Below, piece by piece: positions 33,598-45,882 of a stretch of 64,000 nt of DNA (its first letter is position 1; the number at the start of each line of letters is the position of its first letter). The position numbers were made by a program, and so were the translations under genes. The stretch spans positions 487,105 to 551,104 of the forward strand of contig JAYQMQ010000002.1 of the NCBI GenBank assembly GCA_038143795.1. Direction: 5' to 3'. This DNA is from Flavobacteriaceae bacterium. GTDB lineage: Bacteria > Bacteroidota > Bacteroidia > Flavobacteriales > Flavobacteriaceae. The notes beneath the pieces are model-generated. The model was not told where the DNA came from. It did not search any database and saw only the letters and a list, made by a program, of their open reading frames with translations.

Positions 33598-34181
33598 TTG
33601 AATTTCTGGAAAAACTTTTTAAGTAAAAAAGGAACTTCTAAGGAGACAGATGAGCGAAGTCCTTTCATGCCTAAAATAACAGACCCTGTCGAAATTAATT
33701 TTGCCAAAAAGTTTACCGAAAAAGGAGGTAAATTTTTATTCGTTGAAAATAAAAATGCGGCTTTAAAAACCTTAGATAAAATTCTTCTAGAAAATTCTTG
33801 GGATAAAAAACAGGTCGTTTGCTTAAATAAAATCTTAGCACAAGGTTTTAATTTAAATTTTTCTTCAGTAATCCCAAAGGAAACAAAAGTTTTATTTCTC
33901 AACTGTGAATACCTGATAGCTAACAAAGGAGGCATGCTCATTTGTCATCATCAAATCCACAATCTAACATTGGACGCACTCCCTGATGATTTAATCCTCT
34001 ATGCTAGTACAGATCAATTTGCCCCTGATATCAGTGAAGGAATGACGCTAATAAAATCTAAATATTTTGGTGATCTTCCCACCAACATTACCACATTGAA
34101 TGTAAAGGATTCCTCAAAAATACTGATTTTCTGACCCAGGGAAGTTCCGCCAAAAAAATATACTTAATCCTACAAGAATAG
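33598..34181 (+). CDS. LUD (LutC/YkgG-like) domain protein, one frame break near the 3' end
   Basis: Recognised by family resemblance and by its position after ftsH, the usual Flavobacteriia synteny. The tail ...DFLTQGSSAKKIYLILQE ends at TAG 34179-34181 in another frame. Confidence 0.55.
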
Positions 34182-34185
34182 GTTC

Positions 34186-34991
34186 ATGAACGACCTAAAA
34201 ATTCGTCTGTATTCTGGAATACTTTATGCCCTGGTCGTCGTTTTGGCTATCACTTGGGGCCCCCTTTATTTTTATCCAGTTTTATTTATTTTTTCAGCAC
34301 TGGCTACGGTAGAATTTTACCGTTTGAATCAATTCTCATACACACTACCCTTACTTCTCGTTTTAGGCATATATGTTGCGCATTACAACGCTCTAATTCC
34401 CAATCGGTGGATTTTATTTTTTTTATCATTCTCCTTATTTCCTGTTTGCTTTTTGTTTATCGTTTGTGGCATCCCTTTAAATTTAATTCCAAGGCGATTC
34501 ACCAACTCATCGTAATGGGCCATATCGTTTTCTCTAGTTTCTTTATTATTGCGATTTATGGCAATCAAAGCCACTTCTATCCACGATTGATGCTTTTGGT
34601 CTACCTGTTGATATGGGTCAACAATAGTGGGGCCTATTTTGTCGGAAGTCTGTGGGGTAAAACACCTTTATTTCCGAGCATCTCTCCAAATAAATCATGG
34701 GAAGGTTTTTGGGGAGGACAGTTTTTTTGTTTGATTACGGGTTGGGCATTCTACCTCTTGGATTCGTCTTTTTCCCATTCACCACTATTGATTCTCTGCA
34801 TGAGTATTCTTATTCCCTCTTTGGCAACATACGGGGACTTGATTCAATCCCAATTCAAGCGCATTGCAGGCGTGAAGGATAGTGGTCGTCTATTTCCAGG
34901 TCATGGAGGGTTCTATGACAGAATGGACAGCATCATCTATGCTGCCCCTTTTATTTATTTATTAATACAAATTACCCGTTATGTTTCATAA
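34186..34991 (+). CDS. cdsA: phosphatidate cytidylyltransferase, one frame break
   Basis: Multi-pass membrane protein. The C-terminal signature SxxKRxxxxKDSGxxxPGHGGxxDRxDS is seen as SQFKRIAGVKDSGRLFPGHGGFYDRMDS. Confidence 0.85.
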
Positions 34992-35631
34992 AGAAGGATT
35001 TCAAATCATCTTAATCACCTTTTTATTGGTAGCAGCCATTTCAAAAGGTGCAGAATATGCATTCACCAACCTATATATTCAAAAAGGAACCCAAATTGTC
35101 GCAATAGGAATATTGGTATTAGTGTTGCAGTTTTTTAGAAATCCTAAAAGATATACCCCTATTGATGACACCCTGCTTTACGCTCCTGTCGATGGCAAAG
35201 TAGTTGTGATTGAAGAAGTGTTTGAAAAAGAGTTTTTCAAAGAAAAAAAATTACAAGTTTCCATTTTTATGTCGCCCTTAAATGTCCATGTGACCCGCTA
35301 TTGTATGAGTGGCAAAATTGTCTTTAGCAAATACCATCCTGGGAAATATTTGGTGGCCTGGCATCCCAAATCGTCAGAAGAAAACGAACGAACCACAGTT
35401 GTTCTAGAAAATCAGACTTTTGGAGCCATACTCTACCGTCAGATCGCTGGTGCTTTGGCACGACGAATAGTGAATTACGCTGAGAAGGATACCGATGTTG
35501 TGCAAGGGACCGATGCTGGTTTTATCAAATTTGGATCAAGAGTAGATCTCTTCCTCCCTTTAGGAATACCTTTGAAAGTCAATCTCCACCAACAAGTCAA
35601 GGGCGGAATAGATGTTATTGCATCAGTTTAG
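34981..35631 (+). CDS. psd: phosphatidylserine decarboxylase
   Basis: Intact ORF with the FGSRVD-type processing site (IKFGSRVDLFLP). Confidence 0.85.
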   Translation: MFHKEGFQIILITFLLVAAISKGAEYAFTNLYIQKGTQIVAIGILVLVLQFFRNPKRYTPIDDTLLYAPVDGKVVVIEEVFEKEFFKEKKLQVSIFMSPLNVHVTRYCMSGKIVFSKYHPGKYLVAWHPKSSEENERTTVVLENQTFGAILYRQIAGALARRIVNYAEKDTDVVQGTDAGFIKFGSRVDLFLPLGIPLKVNLHQQVKGGIDVIASV

Positions 35632-38248
35632 CTAAGCTTTCTTTTAGAACCCTTATTTTAAGTACTGCATCAGCAGCTTTCTTTTTTTCAATAGCTACAA
35701 CTTTCTCGGGTGCATTATTAACAAAACGTTCGTTATTTAACTTCTTTTCAACAGATTGAAGAAACCCTTGAGCGTATTGCAATTCTTCTTCTAGTTTTTG
35801 TCTTTCCGTATCGATGTCAACTCTACCTTCCAAGGGAATAAAAAATTCGGCGCCTCCCACACGGAAAGTTCCCCCCATTTGTGAATCAGAAGGTGATTCG
35901 TATAGGAATTTTTCAATAAAACCCAATTGTTTCAACAAGGATTCATACTGATTCCAAGGGGTTTTATCGTTGATTATATGTAATTGAATCGCTACTTTAA
36001 AACCTATGTTTTTCTCCTTTCTAAATTTTCGAACGGCACCAATCAATTGTTGGATTAGGTCAAAATCATCTAGCAATTTTTTATCAAAAGGAGCTGGTTT
36101 TGGCCATTGAGAAATCATCAAAGCTTCATTTGGCGTCCGTGTTCCACAAAAATGCCATAATTCTTCCGTAAGGAAAGGCATAAAGGGATGGAGCACTCTA
36201 AGGTTGTTTTCAAAAAGCTCGATGACCCTTGTTTTGGTTAGTATATCAATCGAATTATCTGGTGTCTTAATGGCTTCAAGTAACCAGGAACAAAAATCAT
36301 CCCAGACCAACTTATACAATGTCATCAAAGCATCTGAAACTCTGTATTTTGAAAAATGATCTTCTACTTGTTCTAGGGCTCTATTGAAAGAGTTTTCATA
36401 CCATTCCAAAGTAACATCGGCTGCTGGTGATAGGGAATGATCGGATACTTCCCAGCTTTGTATCAACCGATATGCATTCCATATTTTATTAGAAAAGTTT
36501 TTCCCTGTTGGCACAGGCTTTCATCAAAGAGTAAATCGTTTCCTGCTGCCGTACTCAACATGAGACCCACGCGAACCGCATCTGCCCCAAAGGTATCGAT
36601 GAGGCCTAAAGCATCTGGCGAATTTCCCAATTGTTTTGACATCTTACGTCCTTGTTTATCTCGAACTAAGCCCGTGAGATAGACCTTTTCAAAAGGAGGT
36701 TTTTGTCGCAATTCATAGCCCGATATAATCATCCTAGCCACCCAAAAAAACAAAATGTCGGGACCAGTGACCAAATCTTGTGTGGGATAATAATAGTTTA
36801 CTTCTTCATTCTCTGGATGCACCACACCATCAAATACTGAAATAGGCCACAACCAAGAGGAGAACCATGTATCCAAAACGTCATCATCTTGACGTAAATC
36901 GGCAACGGTTAATTTAGGATTCCCTGTTTTTTCCTGAGCCAACGACAAGGCCTCATACTGCGTCGCAGCTACGACAAAATCATTTTTCCCTTTACCATAA
37001 TAATAGGCAGGAATCTGATGGCCCCACCAGAGTTGACGTGAGATATTCCAATCCTGGATGTTTTCCATCCAATGGCGGTAAGTGTTTTTGAACTTTTTAG
37101 GTAATAGGGCCACTTCCTCCGATTCCAATACAGCCTTGATAGCCGGTTCTGCTAGGGTTTCCATTTTCAAGAACCATTGATCTGACAATCGCGGTTCGAT
37201 CACTGCTTTGGTCCGTTCAGAAGTTCCTACATTGTTGATGTGATTTTCTTTCTTCACCAGGAACCCTTCTTTCTCAAGAGCCTTAATGAAAGATTTCCGG
37301 GGCCACAAACCGATCTTCCCCTTCCCAATCGCCAGCGTGTTCATTAAGGCGTCCATCGGGATGAAAAACATCGATTACTTCCAATTGGTGGCGTTCTCCC
37401 AATGCTTTATCATTGGGGTCGTGAGCCGGGGTTACTTTTAAACAGCCGGTTCCAAACGCTGGATCTACATATTCATCTAATATGATGGGAATTTCACGTC
37501 CCACGATAGGAACTATCGCTTTTTTACCGTGAAGCATCGTGAAGCGTTCATCTTCGGGATGTATACAGATGGCGGTGTCTCCGAAAATTGTCTCAGGTCT
37601 TGTTGTTGCAATAGTAAGCGACCCTTCATCCTCCGCAAGAGGGTAGTCGATGTAATATAACAGACCTTGCTTTTCTTCATGGATAACTTCTTCATCGGAT
37701 AATGTAGTTTGGGCTTCTGGATCCCAATTCACCATCCGATACCCTTTGTATATCAATCCCTTCTGATATAAGTCAACAAAAACCTTAATTACCGAAGCTG
37801 ATAAATTATCATTTAGAGTAAACTGGGTTCGATCCCAATCGCACGAACAACCGAGTTTTTTGAGTTGATCCAAGATCACACCTCCATATTCATGCGTCCA
37901 TTCCCAGGCGTGTTTCATGAACTCATCTCGACTCAGATCGGACTTTTCAATCCCTTCCTTTTTAAGTTTTGCCACTACTTTGGCCTCTGTTGCGATCGAA
38001 GCATGGTCTGTACCTGGAACCCAACATGCATTGAAGCCCTTCATCCGTGCTCGCCGAATCAGTATGTCTTGCAAACTATTATTCAGCATATGCCCCATGT
38101 GCAACACTCCAGTAACATTCGGAGGAGGGATCACAATGGTATAAGGTTCCCGAGTATCAGGAATCGATCTAAAGTACTGATTATCAATCCAGTATTGATA
38201 CCACTTATCCTCTATTTCCTGTGACTTAAATTTTGGTGGGATATCCAT
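35615..38248 (-). CDS. valS: valine--tRNA ligase, interrupted in three pieces
   Basis: [13 protein letters not shown] (HIGH) in ORF 37283-38293, KMSKQLGN (KMSKS) in ORF 36463-37371, coiled-coil C-terminus in ORF 35615-36514. Confidence 0.93.
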
Positions 38249-38336
38249 GTATAATGTGGTCTGATTTTTGCACAACAAAAATACAGAGACCACACTTCAT
38301 AAAAAAACATTTGAAAGACTCATAAATAAGGAACTT

Positions 38337-38696
38337 ATGAAACTACTTTTATCCCTGCTAATTCTATTCACATTGAACACCGCCTTTGCACAAGAAATAA
38401 GCTTCGAAGAACAAACCATCGATTTTGGAACGATTGAAAGAGGAAGTGATGGAAATCGTGTTTTTTCCTTCACTAATTCAGGAGTCAACGCTTTGATGAT
38501 TGAATCCGTATCTTCTTCCTGTGGGTGTACGATTCCCAAAAAACCAGAAGCGCCAATTGCTCCCGGTGAGAAAGGGGAAATTCAAGTGCGATATGATACC
38601 CAACCGGATGGGGCCTTTTCGCAAGACCATTACTGTGAGATCCAATTCGCTTGCAACGCCTATTGTTGCTCTAAAAATCAGGGGGCTGTCGAATAA
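38337..38696 (+). CDS. DUF1573 domain lipoprotein/secreted protein, two compensating frame breaks
   Basis: FSFTNSGVNALMIESVSSSCGCT and GEKGEIQVRYDT motifs. The segment GPFRKTITVRSNSLATPIVALKIRG lies in another frame. Changing G5 at 38681-38685 to G6 restores ...KIRGAVE-stop. Confidence 0.7.
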   Translation: MKLLLSLLILFTLNTAFAQEISFEEQTIDFGTIERGSDGNRVFSFTNSGVNALMIESVSSSCGCTIPKKPEAPIAPGEKGEIQVRYDTQPDGAFSQDHYCEIQFACNAYCCSKNQGAVE

Positions 38697-40013
38697 AGGA
38701 GTAAGAACAAAGGTTTTGGTCAGCATCTCTTTGTTACGCCGTAACAATAATTTAATTTTTTTACCGGGTTTTCGTTGAAGCATTCCAGCAACCTCATGAA
38801 GTTTAAGATGATTCAATTTGTGATTGTTTATACGATATAGAATATCGCCTTTTCGTATTCCAGATTGAGCTGCAGGAGAATTGGGACGAACCTCGGCAAT
38901 TTCTATGACATCTTGGAATTCGTATTGGATAACGTCACGCAAAAAAATCTCAATCCCCCGATTGTTTCCTTCTTTGTCGTATTTAATACCACCACTATTA
39001 TTCACTTTACTGGTTCGCAATTCAACTCCATTGTATTGGAGTTCTATCCCGCTCATATTGAAACAAAAAGGTGCTTCTATTTTTCGATTGGGTTGTAAAG
39101 CCATCCGTTGGTTAGGATAATCAAAGTAGACTGTAAACCGACTCAACAATTCACCCCCAATACTGCCGACACGTCCAGACAACAAATCGATGGTTTTGAA
39201 GTTGTCCATCTCAGGATAGGCTACTTTTACATCTTTGATGGGTCTCTTGCTCAACTGGATCGAGTTTATTTTTCCCCGGTCTCCGAAAATATTCCCATTG
39301 ATTCCCTGACCCAAAAAGTCATTAAACACAGGGGTCGTTTTTTTAATACTTTCATGGGCATCAAAAAGCCACAAGGCATCACTCGATCCTGTATCAATTA
39401 AAAAGGTGCTCAGCATAGAGCCTTCGCCATTTTGATTAAACTTCATTTGTACATGCGGCTTGTTACGGTGAAATTGCAACGGATATTGGGTTGCCTTTCG
39501 GGGAAAAGTATATGGATACTGGTTGTTATATATGCTAATCTTTCGGTTGATATAATCAATTTTTATTGGATATGTTTTAAAAAACTCGGAGCCAAGGACG
39601 CCCTCAATTTGTCTTCCCATCCGCCGAGAGAAAGAAAAATCAATTTTATCGACCAACAAAATGTCTTGGTTAACACCCAAAAGCTGCCCCAACTGAATCG
39701 TATTACCTTGGGTCAGGTAGGCTTGGAGTGCCTCTCCTTGCCCCAAACCAGAAAGGGTGTATCGATTTTTATTCTCAAAATGAAGCTGAGACACATTCTC
39801 ATTGTTGAACAATAACGTTTTCCCAACGCCGCTGTCCAATAAAAAAGTAAGTTCTTGACCGTTTACCGTAACTGGAATAACTATCAAATTATTGATAAAC
39901 TGAAACCGAAGACGAATCTTTTTCCGATCACTTTGGAAAAGGAATTCTTTCTTTTGTTGTGCCAAAAGTGGAGGCAAAATCAGAAAAAAAGTCAATACTA
40001 AAATCCATCGCAT
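38671..40013 (-). CDS. retropepsin-like aspartyl protease pair with C-terminal PDZ domain
   Basis: LLDSGVGKTLLF and FLIDTGSSDALWLF aspartyl motifs and a PDZ-like region (SGIRKGDILYRINNHKL). The written ORF runs on to 38478, but it terminates at TAG (38671-38673) if the C5 run is C6. Confidence 0.7.
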
Positions 40014-40116
40014 TTCTAGGGCATTTTGCAACAATTTACTGCCAATTCGTTCGGATTCAAAATTTGAACTACACACGCATCACTTTTTTTTACATCTTTG
40101 TACCCTAATTCTCGGT

Positions 40117-41324
40117 ATGCCTACACTATCAATTAAAGGACAACAACTACCGGCTTCCCCTATTCGCAAGCTAGTTCCTTATGCTGAAAAAGCTAAAGCC
40201 AGAGGAGTGGAAGTACTTCATTTGAATATTGGACAACCCGATATTGCTGCGCCTGAAGGAGCAATGAAGATAGTACGTAACCAGCAATTAGAACTGCTTC
40301 CCTATGGAACCTCACAAGGATCCAAAATCTATCGTGAGAAACTTTGCACCTATTATGCCAAGCACGATATTTCCATCTATCCCGATGACATCATCGTGAC
40401 AACGGGAGCAAGTGAAGCTTTGTCATTCACTCTCAATGTAATTTGTGATCCCGAAGAAGAAATCATTATCCCCGAGCCTTTTTATGCGAATTACAATGGT
40501 TTTGCCGCAGCAGCCAATGTGAAGGTGGTGCCCGTTGTCTCTGAATTTGAAGACCAATTCAAACTCCCAATCTTCATAAAATTGAAGCGCATATAAATCC
40601 CAAAACCAAAGCCATCTTGCTTTGCAATCCTAGCAATCCCACCGGGTATTTGTATTCCAAAGAGGAGTTACTACTCTTGGGAGGTCTCGCTCTGAAACAC
40701 GACCTTTTTCTGATTGTTGATGAAGTATATCGAGAGTTTATCTACGTAGAGGAGTCTCATTATTCGGTGCTCCAAAATCCCGACTGGAGTGAACACGCCA
40801 TTATGATTGATTCCGTTTCAAAACGCTATAGTTTGTGCGGAGCTCGAGTGGGCTGTATGATTTCAAAGAATAAAGATTTACTACAAACTGCAATGAATTT
40901 TGCCCACTTGCGATTGTCTCCTGCCACCTTAGCTCTTATGGCCAGTGAAGCAGCGCTAGAGGCCCCCGATTCTTATCTTAAAAATGTCAAAGAAGAATAC
41001 CGCCGTCGACGAAGTTCCTTGATTGCTCTCCTTGAACAAATTGAAGGCGTGGCTGTGTCAAAACCCAAAGGAGCTTTTTATTGTATTGCCCAATTGCCCG
41101 TCGCAGATGCGGAAGACTTTTCTCGTTTTTTGCTAGAAAGTTTTTCCGATCAAAATCAAACGGTGATGTTAGCCCCTGCAGCCGGTTTTTATTTTTCTAA
41201 AAATCTGGGCACCAATCAAGTCCGTATCGCTTTTGTCCTCAATGAAGCAAAACTCAAACGAGCAGCCGAAATTTTAGAGAAAGGACTTCAAGCCTATCAA
41301 AATTCTAGAGAGTTAGTATCTTAG
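40117..41324 (+). CDS. pyridoxal-phosphate-dependent aminotransferase (class I), one frame break
   Basis: LCNPSNPTG and SVSKRYSLCGARVG (PLP lysine) in ORF 40617-41324. The N-terminal half is in ORF 40117-40596. Confidence 0.8.
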
Positions 41325-41330
41325 GAGGGC

Positions 41331-42333
41331 ATGAAAGCAATCCAATACGACCATTCCATACGCCCGTATACCACCTTCAAGGTGGACGCTCGTTCCGCAC
41401 AATATGTATCCGTGGATAGTCTTTCTTCACTAAGAGAGGCCTTGCAATCCCGCCCCAATGGAGCAATTCGAATTTTAGGAGGGGAAGTAATATGCTCTGG
41501 AGAAAAAATTATCGGGGCGAACCATTCACATAAACCTCAAAGGTATTGAAAAGGTGGCCGAAACGGATACACAGGTGAGTGTTAAAGTGCAGGCAGGAGA
41601 AAATTGGCATGAATTTGTATTGTGGGCATTGAAACATGACCTAGGAGGTATCCGAAAATTTAGCCTTAATTCCAGGAAGCGTGGGTGCTGCTCCCATTCA
41701 GAATATTGGCGCCTATGGGGTAGAACTCAAAGAAGTGATGGAGAAATGTACCTTTTTGCAAAAAGATACACTAACCGAGCGCGTCCTTTCGGTGGCCGAT
41801 TGCCAATTGAACTACCGGAATTCCATTTTTAAAAATGAACTCAAAGAAAAAGGAGTAGTAACCTCTGTCCAGTTTCGCTTAACCAAAAGCCCACACCGAA
41901 TACATACTTCCTATGGGGCGCTAGAGGACCAGTTGCAGGGGCGCCCAAGAACTATCAATCCGTCGCTGAAGCGGTCATACGGATTCGACAAAACAAACTT
42001 CCTGATCCCAAACAAATTGGTAATTGTGGGAGTTTTTTTAAAAATCCAATACTATCCCTTTCCCGCTTTGAAGCCTTACAAAAAAAGCATCCGCAATTGC
42101 TCTCTTATCCCGCTAAAACAGGAGTGAAAGTACCTGCTGCATGGCTTATAGATCAACTCGGCTTTAAAGGCGTACGGAGAGGTGATGCTGGTGTTCACCC
42201 CAAGCATGCTCTGGTGCTCGTAAATCACGGCAATGCGACAGGAGCTGAAATTTGGGCATTGGCAGAAGACATTCAAAAAACTGATTATTCCCAATTTGGT
42301 ATTGCCTTAGAGCCCGAAGTTACTTGCTACTAG
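41331..42333 (+). CDS. murB: UDP-N-acetylenolpyruvoylglucosamine reductase, interrupted
   Basis: YTTFKVDA, PGSVGAAPIQNIGAYGVELK and AGSFFKNP-like (CGSFFKNP) motifs across ORFs 41331-41549, 41554-41832, 41681-42127 and 42097-42333. Confidence 0.85.
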
Positions 42334-42337
42334 CTCT

Positions 42338-42790
42338 TTATTCTCTGTTCTTAGAATCGATCTGTATAGTCACGGGGCCATCGTTGAGAAGCTGTACTTT
42401 CATAGCTGCGCCAAAAGCACCCGTGGCGATGGTTTTCCCCAAAGCCGTTTTAAATTCTTTGATGCAGTACTCATACAAGGGAATGGCCTGCTCAGGCCGA
42501 GCTGCTTTGATATAAGAGGGGCGGTTCCCTTTTTTGGTAGCTGCCAGTAGTGTAAATTGGGAGATCAGTAATATTTCGCCTTCAATAGCTTTAATAGAGC
42601 GATTCATCACACCTTGCGCATCGTTGAAAATTCGAAGCCCAATTATTTTCTGAATCAGCCAATCGGCATCCTCTTCCGTATCTTCAGTCCCAATACCGAC
42701 CAAAACGAGTAATCCATGTTCAATGGCACCAACCACTTTTTGGTCGACGGTGACCTGGGCTTCTCGGACTCTTTGGATAACAACTCGCAT
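42338..42790 (-). CDS. dtd: D-aminoacyl-tRNA deacylase
   Basis: MRVVIQRV start at codon 35 of ORF 42338-42892. SQFTL and GAFGA motifs. Confidence 0.88.
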   Translation of the reverse strand: MRVVIQRVREAQVTVDQKVVGAIEHGLLVLVGIGTEDTEEDADWLIQKIIGLRIFNDAQGVMNRSIKAIEGEILLISQFTLLAATKKGNRPSYIKAARPEQAIPLYEYCIKEFKTALGKTIATGAFGAAMKVQLLNDGPVTIQIDSKNRE

Positions 42791-42792
42791 AA

Positions 42793-43718
42793 TTATTTTC
42801 GGTAAGGGGTATCTTCTTGTAATAGTTTCAGATAACTGATATAGCGACTGGTAGCTATGACCCCGTTTTCCACCGCAGCTATGATAGCACAATCAGGTTC
42901 TTCGACGTGCAAACAATTGTGAAATTTGCACGATTCCTGAAGTGATAAAAACTCCAAAAAATAATCTGCCAGCTCTGTTGGACTCATATCCACTACCCCA
43001 AAGCCACGAATGCCAGGAGTATCGATAATACGAATGCCCGAGTCCAAGTCAAACATCTCAGCAAAGGTAGTGGTGTGTTGTCCTTGGGCATGCGCTGTGG
43101 AAATGCTAGCCGTTTTCAATTGTAATTCCGGGGATATGGCATTGGCCAATGTGGACTTACCCACGCCACTGTGGCCAGAAAACATACTCACCTTTCCATT
43201 CATTGCTTGTTTCAAATCTTCAATACCCTCTTTTTCTAAGGCCGATATAAAATGGGTTTCGTAGCCAATTGCTTTGTAGATGGCCTGCATTTTTTTCAGT
43301 GACTGTTGTTCTTCGTTTGAATAGCTGTCAATCTTATTGAATAAAAGGACCACGGGAATTCGATAAGCTGCGGCAGCAACCAAAAAGCGGTCGATAAAAG
43401 TGTAAGTGGTTACGGGATTATTTACGGTTACCAATAAGAAAGCCTGATCGATGTTGGCAGCGATAATGTGAGTCTGTTTGGATAGATTCACCGAACGACG
43501 GATAATATAGTTTTTACGATCCAGAATCTCATGAATGACCCCTTGTTCGGGTTGTTTGCGATCGGGCTCAAAATGAATGCGATCCCCTACGGCTACAGGG
43601 TTGGTACTTTTGATCCCTGTAAGCGAATCTTGCCTTTGATCCGGCACTGATAGAATTTGATACCCGCTTTCACCGAATACCAACTCCCCGTGGAACGATA
43701 AACTATTCCTTCTTGCAT
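42793..43718 (-). CDS. rsgA: ribosome small subunit-dependent GTPase A, one frame break
   Basis: OB-fold N-terminus (MQEGIVYRSTGSWYSV) in ORF 43593-43859. GHSGVGKSTL P-loop and C-x-H-x-x-E-P-x-C zinc motif in ORF 42793-43683. Confidence 0.88.
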
Positions 43719-43803
43719 GCCCTGCAAAAATAACAACATTTTTTTCGCTTGGCTAAAAAGACCTAGGGCTATCCTTTTCGTATCTTTGCAAAAAAGAAAC
43801 CAA

Positions 43804-45325
43804 ATGTCTGAAAAGGCCCTTTTAATGATCTTAGATGGCTGGGGGAATGCTACTCGCAAAGAAGCCTCCGCTGTGGACCAAGCACATACCCCTTTTATCG
43901 ATTCCTTGTATGAAGACTATGCCTACAGCACCTTACGAACGGATGGCGAACACGTAGGACTCCCCAAAGGACAGATGGGAAACAGCGAAGTAGGCCACAT
44001 GAATCTGGGAGCGGGAAGGATCGTGTACCAAGACTTCGCACGGATTAATACGGTTGTCGAAGAGGGAAAACTAAAAGAACAAGCTGGATTGCAGAAAGCA
44101 ATTGCGTACGCAAAACAGAATGAAAAACCCATTCATATCCTAGGCTTGCTGTCCGACGGAGGCGTTCACGCACATATCAATCATTACGAAGCCATGATAA
44201 CTGCGCTGGCAACCAGCGAAGTTCCTTTTATATTCACGCCTTCAGCGATGGTCGGGATGTTGCTCCGAAATCAGGGGCAGGTTTTGTCCAGCAACTCAAC
44301 AGGCTTTTGGATGAAACGCCAGGGCAATTGGCCAGTGTTATTGGTCGCTACTATGCAATGGACCGAGACCAGCGCTGGGAACGCGTCCAAAAAGCCTACC
44401 AACTTTTAGTAGATGGGAAAGGAAATCCCACCACCGATTTTGTCGCAACGATGGAAGAAAACTACCTAGCAGGAACAACGGATGAATTTATGGAGCCGCT
44501 GGTCGGGCTAAATCATTCTGGTGAGCCATGCGCCACCCTTCATGAAGGAGATGTTGTTGTTTTTATGAATTTCCGAACCGACCGTGGTCGGCAACTCACC
44601 CAAGCCTTGACCCAACAAGCCTACCCAGATTGGGAGATGAATCCCCTCCCCTTGTATTTTCTGACCTTGACCAATAATGATGAAAATTTTGAAAACATTC
44701 AGGTTCTTTTCGACAAAGAAAATCTAAAAGACACTCTTGGTGAAACCCTATCTAAAGCGGGAAAAACACAAATAAGAATTGCTGAAACAGAGAAATACCC
44801 GCATGTCACCTTCTTTTTTAATGGCGGTCAAGAAACCCCCTACCAAGGAGAGCAGCGCATTTTGTCCCTCGCCAAAAGTAGCCACCTACAACTTGAAACC
44901 CGAGATGAGTGCCTTCGAAGTTCGAGATAAGATTATTGAAGCAATAGAAACAAATACCCCCGACTTTATTTGTCTCAATTTTGCCAATCCCGACATGGTG
45001 GGCCACACCGGAGACATGGCTGCAGCTATAAAAGCCTGTGAAACAGTGGATCAGTGCGCTGAAAAGGTCATCGCAGCGGCTTTGAAAAAAGACTATGTAA
45101 CGTTAGTAATCGCCGACCATGGCAATTGTGATATAATGTTTAACGAAGACGGGAGTCCGCACACCGCCCACACCACCAACCCCGTTCCTTTTATATTGGT
45201 TGATAATAAAAAACGGAAGGTGAATGCGGGCGTATTAGGAGATATTGCACCAACTGTATTAGATTTGTTGCACATCCCTAAGCCCAAAGCTATGAGTCAA
45301 CACTCTTTATTACAGAAAAAAATGA
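43804..45325 (+). CDS. gpmI: 2,3-bisphosphoglycerate-independent phosphoglycerate mutase, interrupted; stop lost as written
   Basis: LLMILDGWG, GNSEVGHMNLGAGR and ITADHGN-like (VIADHGNCD) motifs over three fragments. It reads into the next gene through the A7 run 45316-45322. Confidence 0.9.
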
Positions 45326-45882
45326 AAAAAATAGTCTTCCTTATCTTCCCCTTTCTCACTGCTTGTGGACCAACTATAGAGCATCCCAAACCCCTGCTTG
45401 TCACTGAACAAACCACCCTTGAAGAAGGAACTCCCTACATCATTGGCGCCATCAATCGCGCAAATTTATTGACTTATGCCCACAGCCAATGGTTTCAAAA
45501 AGAATACGATTATTTTAAGCTCGATACCGCTTGGGTTGAGGAGATGAAACCCCATGCCCAGGGACTTCAGTACCAACTATTTTTGGGAACTTGGTGTGAA
45601 GACAGCCAACGCGAAGTGCCCGCTATGTTCAAAATATTGGATGCCTTGGGAATGGAAGACCAAGAGATTCTCATCTATGCCATGGACGAGGACAAAGTCA
45701 CTCCTCAACAATATGAAAAAGGCTTGAATATCATTAATATCCCCACATTAATTTTCTACAAAGACGGGCAAGAAATGAATCGTATTGTTGAATTTCCAGT
45801 GGAGTCCTTGTACAAAGACATGGCCAAAATCCTCAAAAGCGAATCCTACCAAGACGCCTACTACGATCTTGTCCACCCATGA
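45322..45882 (+). CDS. thioredoxin-fold lipoprotein (single-Cys WCEDS motif)
   Basis: Lipobox LTAC after MKKIVFLIFPF. GTWCEDSQREVP in place of WCGPC. Confidence 0.6.
   Translation: MKKIVFLIFPFLTACGPTIEHPKPLLVTEQTTLEEGTPYIIGAINRANLLTYAHSQWFQKEYDYFKLDTAWVEEMKPHAQGLQYQLFLGTWCEDSQREVPAMFKILDALGMEDQEILIYAMDEDKVTPQQYEKGLNIINIPTLIFYKDGQEMNRIVEFPVESLYKDMAKILKSESYQDAYYDLVHP

Noticed and set aside
38478-38670. Long C-terminal extension of the aspartyl protease/PDZ ORF overlapping the DUF1573 gene.
   Set aside because: It disappears with the G5-to-G6 correction at 38681-38685. The extension is antisense to conserved DUF1573 sequence.
42791-42892. 34-codon N-terminal extension of dtd; likewise 27658-27858 on the PASTA ORF and 38249-38293 on valS.
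   Set aside because: Family-typical N-termini (MRVVIQRV, MIFLRF + TM, MDIPPKF) start at internal methionines. The extensions overlap neighbouring genes.
44779-45882. 367-aa ORF as a genuine mutase-thioredoxin fusion protein.
   Set aside because: The junction lies in an A7 run, and A6 restores a stop overlapping the next ATG. The downstream part begins with its own lipoprotein signal peptide.
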